Below are positions 20,615 through 29,524 of a stretch of DNA of 58,927 bases, piece after piece. The stretch covers positions 1 to 58,927 of the forward strand of contig MHCC01000026.1 of assembly GCA_001816475.1 (NCBI GenBank), read 5' to 3'. Position 1 is the stretch's first letter; each line of letters starts with the position of its first letter. A program made the translations under genes and the position numbers. The notes under the pieces were generated by a model. That model saw only the letters and a program-made list of their open reading frames with translations, searched no databases and had not been told where the DNA came from. Origin of the DNA: Candidatus Blackburnbacteria bacterium RIFCSPLOWO2_01_FULL_40_20 (GTDB lineage Bacteria > Patescibacteriota > Microgenomatia > UBA8517 > UBA10165).

Positions 20615-21226
20615 TTAATCAGGTATTTTTTCTTGTGTAACAGTTTTTTTACCGGTTCTTGACACTGCTTGTATCTCAATTATTGAGCTTATTAGCTCTT
20701 TTCGTTGAATTTCTGTTTCAAACTCCCCGTTGTCATTTACCAAAATTGGCTTACCATTAATTTGGACAATTGCGCCAGACGAAGTTTTCCCTGCAACGAC
20801 AATAATTTTTGAATCACCAACTATTCTTTCTAAATCAAGTACTGGAGGGGCCGAAAACAAAAAGTATTCTCGCGCTAAATATGCCGATAAAACCAATAAA
20901 GTAATTAAAACAACTGCGAATACAGTTGTTTTGGGGGTCCAGATGGATTTTGGCCTTAGATGTATCTCGGAGGTGGTCCTTTTTATTTTTGTCTGAGGAA
21001 AATCCCGTCTAAGAAGAGCAAGAACGTGAGCCGTACTCAAACCAACAGCTTGGGCATAGTTTCTTGCAAACCCTTGAGCAACTGCAAAGTTTGGCAAGCT
21101 TGTCCAATCGCACTTCTCCAAGGCCTCAAGAAATCTTTCTTTTATTCTTGTTTGACGCGCAATTTGAGAAACTGTTTTTTCCTGTTTCTCTCTTGCATCC
21201 TTCAAAATATCGCCAGCAGTTTTCAT
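20615..21226 (-). CDS. RodZ-like HTH membrane protein
   Basis: GDILKDARE..I..RFLEALE..LP...GF.RNYA, TM, small Ig-like domain; next to ftsK. Confidence 0.85.
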   Translation of the reverse strand: MKTAGDILKDAREKQEKTVSQIARQTRIKERFLEALEKCDWTSLPNFAVAQGFARNYAQAVGLSTAHVLALLRRDFPQTKIKRTTSEIHLRPKSIWTPKTTVFAVVLITLLVLSAYLAREYFLFSAPPVLDLERIVGDSKIIVVAGKTSSGAIVQINGKPILVNDNGEFETEIQRKELISSIIEIQAVSRTGKKTVTQEKIPD

Positions 21227-21234
21227 ACATTTAT

Positions 21235-21291
21235 TAGTTAATAGTTAATAGAAGATTTTTGTTTTTGTTAGCTTTCTACTATTTACTATTT
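21235..21291. repeat. Degenerate period-7 inverted repeat (TAGTTAA family)
   Basis: TAGTTAA TAGTTAA TAGAAGA ... CTATTTA CTATTT spanning the ftsK stop. Confidence 0.55.
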
Positions 21292-23360
21292 TCTTTTGCC
21301 TGATATTCTTCCAAACTTGAAATCAAAATTTCTCTAGGCTTGGAGCCGTCAGCTGCTCCGACTATCCCCCTTGCCTCCAATTGATCCAAAATCCGAGCAG
21401 CACGAGCATATCCTATTGCCAACCTTCTTTGCAAAAGTGAGGCTGATGCCCTGTCGTGTCCACAAACAACTCGAACAGCGTCATCAAATAACTCATCCTT
21501 CTCTCCGCCGGGAGAGGTTGTGTCTATGCCCGCGCGCACTGGTTGTGTCGTAACCTCTTCTGTGTATTGAGGAGCAATTCCGGTTTTGCGCAAGAACTCA
21601 ATAAGTTTTGTTGTGTCGTTGTCTGAGATATACGCCCCTTGGATTCGCCTTGGTTTTGCCTCGTCTGGAGGCAAGAAAAGCATATCCCCTCGTCCTAAAA
21701 GTTTTTCAGCCCCTGGGATATCCAAAATAACCCTTGAGTCAACCAAAGATGAGACCGCAAAAGCCATTCGACAAGGAATGTTTGCTTTAATTAGCCCTGT
21801 TAAAACATCGACAGATGGTCGCTGTGTTGCTAAAACCATATGAATTCCAGTTGCACGGCTCATTTGTGCAAGCCGGGTTACTGCATCCTCCACCTCAACA
21901 GGTGAAAACAACATGATATCTGCCAATTCATCAATCACCAAAACTATGTAAGGTAGCGCCTGAAACCCTGAAATTTCGTTATAACTTTCAACGTTTCTGG
22001 CACCAACTTGAGCAAACATTTTGTATCGTCTGTCCATTTCACTCATAAGATACTTAAGTGCTGAGATTACTTTTTCAGGTTCCGTTATAACCGGTGCTAA
22101 AAGATGAGGTACGCCGTTATATCCCGTTAGCTCGACACGCTTAGGGTCAACCAGAATAAACTTAACTTCATTAGGAGAAGCGCGGAAAAGAAGGGTTGAG
22201 ATGAAAGTATTAATGGCGATTGATTTACCGGAACCTGTCTGTCCGGCAATTAATGCGTGTGGCATCTTAGCCAAATTAGCAACAACCGGTTTGCCTGAAA
22301 CATCAAGACCCAAAGCAACAGTCAATTTGCTTTTCGATTCTCGCATTGCGTCAGACTCAAGTATCCGCTTAAGAGGTACAAACTCAGGAGATCCATTCGG
22401 CAGTTCAATTCCCACTAACGAGCGCCCAGGAATTGGTGCTTCAATTCTGATTTGGCCGGAAGGAGCAGCCAATGCTAAGGCTAAATCATTTGCAAGTCCA
22501 GTTATTTTTGAAAGTTTTGTTCCAAGGGCAACTTCTATTGCATACTGCGTAACTGCAGGCCCCAAGTTTACTTCAACAACTTTAGCTTGGACACCAAATG
22601 ACTCTAGGGTTTTCTCAATAATCGCAGCATTCGCTTTTATGTCTCCACGATCTGCTTTACCGGATACCGATTGGGATAAAAGCGAGAGTGGCGGATAATC
22701 CCAAATCTCACTTTCCCCAGGAAGATTTACAGCGGGATTAGCAATAGTCTCCTTCTTTTCTTTTTCAGGCTGAGTCTGTTTTGACTCAACAGGAGACTGG
22801 TGTTCTCCACCAGAAACTTTTATTCCACCGAGTTTTGTTGCATAAGCAAGTTTGGAAGTTCCTAAGATGTGGTGGCGCAAACGGACCAAAAGTGATAAGA
22901 ACAAGGCAACTATTTGGTCGAGGGACGCATTAAAAAGAACAAGTACGCCAATTAGCGCTCCACCAAAAAAGATAACTGCAGCGCCAGGAGTGGTGACCAA
23001 GGCAGCAATTGCAAGCCAGGCTTCCTGCCCCATAATTCCGCCTTGAGTTAGACCAGCTGCTGAAACTGCAAACAAAATTCCCCCCACCAACACATTTGGT
23101 TGGTTAAGTGGAGTGTGAAACTTGGAGAACATTAATCCCGAAACCAAACAAACAAAGGGAATGAAAATTGCTGTCCAGGAAAAATAATCAAGCAATATAG
23201 AGTTTAGCTTAAGAAGTAAAACTCCTTGGCGGGAAAATGAAATTATTATTAATCCGCCAACTAAAAAGAAGATAACCTGAGCAATCGAAAAAAGTGTGTG
23301 TTTTTTTAGTTTTATATCAAAAGCTCGCCGCCACAACGGACCCCTTCTGTGTCTGGACAT
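21279..23360 (-). CDS. ftsK: DNA translocase FtsK/SpoIIIE
   Basis: 4 TM; RIEAPIPG, AGQTGSGKS, DPKRVEL, IDELAD, ATQRPS, gamma domain IGYARAAR. Confidence 0.98.
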   Translation of the reverse strand: MSRHRRGPLWRRAFDIKLKKHTLFSIAQVIFFLVGGLIIISFSRQGVLLLKLNSILLDYFSWTAIFIPFVCLVSGLMFSKFHTPLNQPNVLVGGILFAVSAAGLTQGGIMGQEAWLAIAALVTTPGAAVIFFGGALIGVLVLFNASLDQIVALFLSLLVRLRHHILGTSKLAYATKLGGIKVSGGEHQSPVESKQTQPEKEKKETIANPAVNLPGESEIWDYPPLSLLSQSVSGKADRGDIKANAAIIEKTLESFGVQAKVVEVNLGPAVTQYAIEVALGTKLSKITGLANDLALALAAPSGQIRIEAPIPGRSLVGIELPNGSPEFVPLKRILESDAMRESKSKLTVALGLDVSGKPVVANLAKMPHALIAGQTGSGKSIAINTFISTLLFRASPNEVKFILVDPKRVELTGYNGVPHLLAPVITEPEKVISALKYLMSEMDRRYKMFAQVGARNVESYNEISGFQALPYIVLVIDELADIMLFSPVEVEDAVTRLAQMSRATGIHMVLATQRPSVDVLTGLIKANIPCRMAFAVSSLVDSRVILDIPGAEKLLGRGDMLFLPPDEAKPRRIQGAYISDNDTTKLIEFLRKTGIAPQYTEEVTTQPVRAGIDTTSPGGEKDELFDDAVRVVCGHDRASASLLQRRLAIGYARAARILDQLEARGIVGAADGSKPREILISSLEEYQAKENSK

Positions 23361-23367
23361 TAATGCG

Positions 23368-23376
23368 ATTATAACA
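23368..23376 (-). promoter_or_regulatory. Extended -10 predicting leaderless ftsK mRNA
   Basis: TGTTATAAT-N7-ATG. Confidence 0.7.
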
Positions 23377-23407
23377 CAGCTGGAAGCAATTTAAGTAGAA
23401 GCTAGAA

Positions 23408-24019
23408 CTATTTAACTTCAAGTGTTTGTAGGATCGTGTAAAATTCGTCCTTTTTAAGTTGTTTAAAATCCAAGGCTAAAACTGATTTGCCGCTTTGGAC
23501 TCCAAAATAAGTATCTGTAGACACATCAAAAACCCTGCCTCGATCTGCTATAACTTGCAAATAGTTCTTGCTGTTTGCAAGATTAATATCATAAAAGGTC
23601 AATCTCACTTTCTCTCCTGCATTTTTACTAAACTGTTTTTCAAACCAAACCCTCCGCGAACCATCTTTGTATTCCTCTTGAAAATAATAAGGTGAAAGCA
23701 AACCAATTTCTGCAATTCTTGCACCTTTTGAAATCAAAGTTATATTTCCAGAAGATTCGTCACCGTCATTAATCGTAATCCCAGTTGGATACCTAAAAGA
23801 AAACGCTCTCCCTTTAAACTTTTTCTTGTAAGTCTGCCAATTTATTGGCACGTTGTATATTTTAACTGTAGATGGAGAAGGTGAAACTGTTGCGGCCACA
23901 CTTGGCAAAGAAGAAGGGATAATAGTTTTTTGATTTATTGTTCCTAAATAGTAGTTTACTCCAACAAGTAAAACAAAAACTACTAACGCCAAAACTAACA
24001 ATTGACTAAAATGTTTCAT
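23408..24019 (-). CDS. Membrane-anchored hypothetical protein (PsbP-like ectodomain)
   Basis: TM, S/P linker, WQTY..FSFRYP, F..IL.TL end. Confidence 0.7.
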   Translation of the reverse strand: MKHFSQLLVLALVVFVLLVGVNYYLGTINQKTIIPSSLPSVAATVSPSPSTVKIYNVPINWQTYKKKFKGRAFSFRYPTGITINDGDESSGNITLISKGARIAEIGLLSPYYFQEEYKDGSRRVWFEKQFSKNAGEKVRLTFYDINLANSKNYLQVIADRGRVFDVSTDTYFGVQSGKSVLALDFKQLKKDEFYTILQTLEVK

Positions 24020-24021
24020 TG

Positions 24022-24747
24022 CTAAATTGTAAATTTAAACGATGACAAGATTGTATCAAATTGTTTTTTCATACTTTCAATCTTTGTAGAGTCTTGGATC
24101 GAAAAATAAATTGCAAGCGTTCCTGTTAAAGTTTTTGATTTATTTGAAACATTTCCCACAAAAACATCAATTTCGTATTGTCCTGAAGTTATACTTGTTT
24201 CCTGCCTTACTGAACTGTGTTTACCAACTGTCATACTGTTCTTAGAAACTAGGCTTGATAAACTCGATCCGATTGCACGCTCGGCCATTAGAGCAGGCGT
24301 ATCGTCAGCGTTTGCATTCAATCCACATACTGTGAGAGAAGTTTTATCTGTGTCTTGTGGGTAAAAGACAGGACCGCAGGCAGTACTCCCTTCGACAACT
24401 GTCCAGCCAAAAGGATATTTAAAACTATATCCGGCCTCTGAACTGCTATATGTAAGCGTTGTTGCATCTGGAGTTGGAACGGGTGACGGTAGTGGAGAGG
24501 GAACGGGTGATTCAACAGGAACTTGAGCATCCTGTGATTGTTGGACTAGCGGTTGAGATGGCTGCTCTTGTTGTCCAGCAGGTGTTGGGATAGTAAATCC
24601 AACAGGTCTTGTGGCAGTTTTTGTACTTGCCTCGGAGGGACTATAAACTGAAACGTAGTAGACTGCCCCACCAACAGACACCAAAGCTAAAACGGCACCT
24701 ACGATCAATATTGGAATTGGTATAAATCCACGCGAGACGGGCAGCAT
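24022..24747 (-). CDS. Membrane-anchored hypothetical protein (PsbP-like) with pilin-like N-terminus
   Basis: RG|FIPIPILIV, P/S/T linker, GYSFKYP.GW, FDTILSSFKF. Confidence 0.72.
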   Translation of the reverse strand: MLPVSRGFIPIPILIVGAVLALVSVGGAVYYVSVYSPSEASTKTATRPVGFTIPTPAGQQEQPSQPLVQQSQDAQVPVESPVPSPLPSPVPTPDATTLTYSSSEAGYSFKYPFGWTVVEGSTACGPVFYPQDTDKTSLTVCGLNANADDTPALMAERAIGSSLSSLVSKNSMTVGKHSSVRQETSITSGQYEIDVFVGNVSNKSKTLTGTLAIYFSIQDSTKIESMKKQFDTILSSFKFTI

Positions 24748-24774
24748 TTGATTTAGTATACATTAAAACGACGT

Positions 24775-24824
24775 CTACAGACTACCGTCTACCGTACTTA
24801 TCGTCTTAGTCTGTAGTCTGTAGT
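24775..24824. repeat. Period-7 inverted repeat (CTACAGA family) just after the rnj stop
   Basis: CTACAGA CTACCGT CTACCGT ... TAGTCTG TAGTCTG TAGT. Confidence 0.7.
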
Positions 24825-24828
24825 TTTC

Positions 24829-26478
24829 CTACACTTCCACCACTACCGGGAGAATCATGGGCCGTCTGCCTGTTTGCTCAAAAAAGTATTGTTCCAAAAA
24901 AACAACTGTAGTTTCTTTTGAAGATTGCACATTTACCCTATCGTGCTTTGCTAGTTTTCTTGTTAATTCAAGGGACGCTTGATCCAAAAGATCTTGGTGC
25001 TCTTTTGCAAAAACAAATCCTCGGCTTACTAAATCAGGTTTTTCAACAATCCTACCTTGATTTTTATCAAGCTCTAAGATTGCAACAACCACTCCTTCTT
25101 TGGCCAATGTTTGCCGGTCACGCAAAACAACATTTCCAACATCCCCAACGCCTAATCCATCAACAAGAACACTTCGAGACGGAACCTTGTTACCCTTCTT
25201 GGCAATTTTGTTGTCAAATTCTACAGACTCCCCAGCTCTTAACTCAAAAACGTCCTCTGGTCTCCAACCCATTCTTCCAACCAATTTTGAAAAAGCTTTC
25301 ATGTGCCGAATCGTTCCACCGATCGGCGTCATATATTTCGGGCGAATCAAAGCAAGAAGCATTTCAATATCTTTTTGTGAACCGTGGCCAGAAACATGTA
25401 AATCCTCTTGGGTGTCGTAATAGTGAACCTCCGCACCTTTCTCGATAAGGTTATCGACCACATAGTTTACCGACTCATCAGTTCCAGGAGGCGCAGGGTC
25501 AGCAGAAAATACCACAAGGTCACTGGGCTCTATGTTCAAAAGCGTATGCTCTCCCATTGCAACCCTGTAAAGTGCAGATCCGATTTGGCCATAACTTCCA
25601 GAAATAATGTATGTGACCTTGTCAACTGGCATTTTTTCTGCAACACGCGGCGCAACAACCGTACCTTGCGACCAGTTGATAAAACCCAGTTTTTTTGCAA
25701 TTTCCGCCTTCTTTTCAATTGACCTTCCAATAAAAACAACTTTTCTTCCCAAACGCTCCGAAACTCTTATCGCTTGCTGCATCCGGGATATATTTGACGA
25801 AATTGTAGTAAAGAAAATCCTCCTTTGTGCGGTCTGAAAAATTGAATCAATCGTTTTCTCAATCTCATACTCCGATTTTGTATAGCCGTCCGATGTGCTA
25901 CCTAAACAATCAGAGGCTACGTTAATTACGCCATCTGCAGCCAAGCGCGCGACTTTAGCAACATCAAAAGGCTTTTGGTCAACTGGAGTCCAGTCAAATT
26001 TATAGTCTGGAACATGGAAAAACTTTCCTTGAGGAACTTTAATACAAAAACCAACCCCGTCGGGAACTGAGTGAGATACTCGGAATGCATCAATTGTAAA
26101 GTTGCCAATTTTTAAAGTGTCGCGTTCTGGATCAAAAACATTAATCTTTGGAACTTGACCGTAATCGGAAAATTTATCTTTGATAAATTCTGCAACTAAA
26201 CCCGTTGCATAAATTGGAACTTGCATTTCCCTAAACAGGAAGGGCAGGGATCCTATATGATCCTCGTGCCCATGAGAAATCAAGATAGCTTTAATTTTAT
26301 TTTTGTTTTGTACAAGATATGTAAAATCGGGGATCACCAAATCAACGCCATATGCAGCCTCCTCAGGAAAGCCAACACCACAATCGACAACAACAGCCTC
26401 GTTGCCGTATTCATAAACGTACATATTCTCGGTAACTCCGGTTGTACCGGATATTGCAATAAACCTTAGTTTGTCCAT
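24829..26478 (-). CDS. rnj: Ribonuclease J
   Basis: SHGHEDHIG, HSVPD, DYKFD, HVSGHG, RRPMILPV. Confidence 0.98.
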   Translation of the reverse strand: MDKLRFIAISGTTGVTENMYVYEYGNEAVVVDCGVGFPEEAAYGVDLVIPDFTYLVQNKNKIKAILISHGHEDHIGSLPFLFREMQVPIYATGLVAEFIKDKFSDYGQVPKINVFDPERDTLKIGNFTIDAFRVSHSVPDGVGFCIKVPQGKFFHVPDYKFDWTPVDQKPFDVAKVARLAADGVINVASDCLGSTSDGYTKSEYEIEKTIDSIFQTAQRRIFFTTISSNISRMQQAIRVSERLGRKVVFIGRSIEKKAEIAKKLGFINWSQGTVVAPRVAEKMPVDKVTYIISGSYGQIGSALYRVAMGEHTLLNIEPSDLVVFSADPAPPGTDESVNYVVDNLIEKGAEVHYYDTQEDLHVSGHGSQKDIEMLLALIRPKYMTPIGGTIRHMKAFSKLVGRMGWRPEDVFELRAGESVEFDNKIAKKGNKVPSRSVLVDGLGVGDVGNVVLRDRQTLAKEGVVVAILELDKNQGRIVEKPDLVSRGFVFAKEHQDLLDQASLELTRKLAKHDRVNVQSSKETTVVFLEQYFFEQTGRRPMILPVVVEV

Positions 26479-26483
26479 GAAAC

Positions 26484-26572
26484 AAATTTGAAATGAATTT
26501 GAAAATTTAAATTTTTAAACATTTTGATTTGATCGGAATTGATTGAAAATTAAAAATTGTAAATTGAAAATT
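26484..26572. repeat. AATTTTC-family element, inverted homologue of 17834-17970
   Basis: Minus strand AATTTTC AATTTAC AATTTTT AATTTTC AATCAATTCCGATCAAATC...TTCATTTCAAATT. Confidence 0.8.
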
Positions 26573-27197
26573 AGAGTAGTTTCATTTGTTCTCCACTATT
26601 ATCCTCTTTTTTATTCTCTTCTTCCAGCTCTTTAATCACTTCTGGAATAATTTTAAAATCCTCTCGGATTTGCTGCATTATTGCACCAGCCCTTAACGCT
26701 GCGGCAGGATGGTACATTGGTATTATTACCATCTCGCGGCCGTGCCAGGATATTTTTCTTGGCTTGCCATGTACTTGGGAAATCTTAACGTTTGGTAAAA
26801 ACTTACCCATAGAAAAACGCCCTAGAGTTACAATTATTTTTGGATCGATTATCTCAATTTCGCGATCAACATATGGCCTGAAGGCCTCTATCTCCTCTGG
26901 TAACGGGTCGCGGTTCTCCGGGGGGCGGAAACGAACAATATTTGAGATATAAACATCCTCACGCTTCAAATTAACACTCTGCAAAAGATTGTCCAACAAT
27001 TTTCCTGCTTGCCCAACAAACGGCCTGCCAAGCCTGTCTTCATTAAATCCTGGCCCCTCACCTATAAAATAAACTTTTGTGTTGGGATTTCCTTCCCCGA
27101 AAACAAGTTGTGTGGCCCCTGCTCTAAGAGGAAGGGAATTATCTCCCTGCATCTCTTTTTTTAACTTTTCAAGTTCTTCCCTTTTATTTATACTCAT
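26571..27197 (-). CDS. Uracil-DNA glycosylase, family 4-like
   Basis: GEGPG..ED..GRPFVG.AG, RPPENRDP, YHPAA; the usual Fe-S cysteines are absent. Confidence 0.93.
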   Translation of the reverse strand: MSINKREELEKLKKEMQGDNSLPLRAGATQLVFGEGNPNTKVYFIGEGPGFNEDRLGRPFVGQAGKLLDNLLQSVNLKREDVYISNIVRFRPPENRDPLPEEIEAFRPYVDREIEIIDPKIIVTLGRFSMGKFLPNVKISQVHGKPRKISWHGREMVIIPMYHPAAALRAGAIMQQIREDFKIIPEVIKELEEENKKEDNSGEQMKLL

Positions 27198-27685
27198 ACT
27201 TTAACATCAATGAATTGTACATTATCGAGTTTCGTGTCGTAAACAACAAAACTTGGCTGGTCTGTTCTTGCCAGTGCACCTGGATTCACCAATCTAGTTT
27301 TACCAGCCCACGAGCCCTTGCTCTTGTGTGTATGTCCGTAAAAAATAATGCCCCTTTCATGTTCTGTGTCTTTATCTATATCTTTTATCCTATCAGGAAA
27401 ATGGCATACACCTATCTTTTTTCCATCAAGTTCAAACTCTAAAAAATCTTCGTCGCTTTTTTCGCAAAATTCGCGAACTGCATCAACCATTTGTGGGCTA
27501 ATGTCTGCATTTCCCAATACTCCATACAGTGGAATGCCGAATGAGGCTACTGTTTTTATAGCTAAGGTATTGTCCCAATCTCCACAATGAACAATCGCTC
27601 CAGCTTTAATTTCCTTCGCGAATCTCAAAACGTGCTTTATTCGTTCTATGTTGCCGTGGGTGTCGGAAATAACAACAACTCTCAT
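27194..27685 (-). CDS. YfcE-like metallophosphoesterase
   Basis: SDTHG, HCGD, GNAD, GHTH, NPG. Confidence 0.92.
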   Translation of the reverse strand: MRVVVISDTHGNIERIKHVLRFAKEIKAGAIVHCGDWDNTLAIKTVASFGIPLYGVLGNADISPQMVDAVREFCEKSDEDFLEFELDGKKIGVCHFPDRIKDIDKDTEHERGIIFYGHTHKSKGSWAGKTRLVNPGALARTDQPSFVVYDTKLDNVQFIDVKV

Positions 27686-27718
27686 AGAAAAATACGACAT
27701 ATGTTGTTCGTCGTGCAT

Positions 27719-28762
27719 CTATCTTGGCAGATACTGCTTTATATTCTGATCAGTTAAGTGAATACCAGTCAATTTTCCCTCAACCACTTCTCTTGCAACT
27801 TTTCTAACAATTCCATCAATTGTCCGCTCCAGTGTTCTCATTCCCGCGTCAAACCCCAACGGCCGAACAATATTGATCCAAACATTGTCGTCTAATATAA
27901 CCGCTTCTTTCGGCAAACCAGACTGGGCAATTACTTTGGGCAACATATAGTTTTTACCAATATTAATTTTTTGATCATCGGTGTATGAAGGCATATGAAT
28001 TACCTCTAGCCTGTCCAAGACTGCGGTTGCAATATTGGTCGTGTTGTTTCCTGTTGTAATAAACAAAACCTCGGACAAATCAAAGGGATAATCGATATAA
28101 TGATCGACAAAGTTAACGTTTTGCTCTGGATCCAAAAGCTCAACTAATACTCCCATGATTGTAGCCCTCTTTTCCTCGTCAACTCGATCAATCTCGTCAA
28201 GTAGGATTACCGGATTTTTTACGTTTACACTTTTAAGAGCCTTCATAACTCTGCCGGGCTCTGCCTCAGGAACAACTTTTGATTGCCCTCTTAGCTCTTG
28301 TGGATCACCCATCCCCCCGAAGGGTATTCTGTAAAACTTTTTGCCGAGTGCCTCGGCAACCGAGTACGCAACTGTTGTTTTTCCAGTACCTGCCAAACCT
28401 ACGAATGAGAGTATAGGAGACTTTGTCCGATTTCCTTTTTCTTTATTGAGTTTAATTACTGAAATAAACTCTAAAATTCTGTCTTTCATGTCTTCAAGTC
28501 CAAAGTGGTTTTTGTCTAAGATTTTTTTGGCATATTCCAAATCTAAAATGTCGTCTCCCGGCTTTGTCCAAGGCAAAGAAACTGTCCAGTCAATATAGTT
28601 TGCCGTTCTGTCAAGCTCTTCAAAGGCAAGTGGGGTGCCAACAATTCGCTCCAGCCTCTCAAGGCGAACAATTAACCTGCCTTTAAGTTCGGGCGGTAAA
28701 CTAACACCGTTTACCTGCTCTCGAAGATTTGAAATAATTTTTAAAGTATCTTGTCCTTCCAT
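27719..28762 (-). CDS. Lon-like AAA+ ATPase lacking N-domain and protease domain
   Basis: YIDW..LPW, L...HFGL..K.RILE, GLAGTGKT, LLDEID, LLDPEQN..F.DHY..PFDLS, LDRLEVI. Confidence 0.9.
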   Translation of the reverse strand: MEGQDTLKIISNLREQVNGVSLPPELKGRLIVRLERLERIVGTPLAFEELDRTANYIDWTVSLPWTKPGDDILDLEYAKKILDKNHFGLEDMKDRILEFISVIKLNKEKGNRTKSPILSFVGLAGTGKTTVAYSVAEALGKKFYRIPFGGMGDPQELRGQSKVVPEAEPGRVMKALKSVNVKNPVILLDEIDRVDEEKRATIMGVLVELLDPEQNVNFVDHYIDYPFDLSEVLFITTGNNTTNIATAVLDRLEVIHMPSYTDDQKINIGKNYMLPKVIAQSGLPKEAVILDDNVWINIVRPLGFDAGMRTLERTIDGIVRKVAREVVEGKLTGIHLTDQNIKQYLPR

Positions 28763-28767
28763 ATTGA

Positions 28768-29430
28768 CTATCCAATTATTTCACTTTTGCGCCTAAACTT
28801 TCGAGTTGCCAAAAGTGGAACAACAAAAAGCCCTGAAAATATAAAACCAATAATGAACGTTAGCGCCATAAATTCCAAAGAACTTTTAACTCGCAGTGAG
28901 AGTAAATACCACAGTATGGTTCCTGGAATCATTGCAAGCGAGGAAACTATAAAATAAGGCGTGAATCTAATCGATGTTAGTCCTAACGCATAAGAAACAA
29001 GCTCGTGAATTCCGCCTTGAAACATTCTTATAAAAAATAAAGTTAATAGTCCTGTATGGCGCACCAAATCATCCATCTTTTCAATATTTTTCTCGCCCAC
29101 CAAACTACCCACAACAGATTTTCCCCAAATTCGCGCAATCCAAAAGTTGGTAACAGTTGCCAAGAAACCAGCAGCGGCTGCATAAAATACGACCGTGCTG
29201 CCAAAGATATAATATCCCACAAGAAGTAAAGGGCTACCACTTAATGGAGCTAAAATATATGAAACCAGCATAAAAACAATAAATACAAAAGGTCCTAACT
29301 TGCCTGTTCCAAGAATCAACTCTCGAAGTTTATCCTCAGGTATTGCTCTACTTAAAAAAAATATTAAAACAAAAAGAGTAATCGTTAGTGCAACAGAAAG
29401 ATTGTGGTTGTCTCTTAACTTAGAAATCAT
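28768..29430 (-). CDS. TVP38/VTT (DedA superfamily) membrane protein
   Basis: Multi-TM; NFWIAR.WG, R...SYALGLT.I. Confidence 0.88.
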   Translation of the reverse strand: MISKLRDNHNLSVALTITLFVLIFFLSRAIPEDKLRELILGTGKLGPFVFIVFMLVSYILAPLSGSPLLLVGYYIFGSTVVFYAAAAGFLATVTNFWIARIWGKSVVGSLVGEKNIEKMDDLVRHTGLLTLFFIRMFQGGIHELVSYALGLTSIRFTPYFIVSSLAMIPGTILWYLLSLRVKSSLEFMALTFIIGFIFSGLFVVPLLATRKFRRKSEIIG

Positions 29431-29524
29431 CTTCAAACAGGGCACTTACCCTTACCTGTACAAAATTATACCAAGGAAAATATAAAATTAGTGAAGTAGT
29501 TTTTGGAGAACGTTTGATGTGCCT

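Noticed and set aside
24918-25448. Long antisense ORFs (e.g. 24918-25448, 22201-22698, 40269-40757, 3262-3738)
   Set aside because: Shadow frames opposite conserved genes, with no recognisable motifs.
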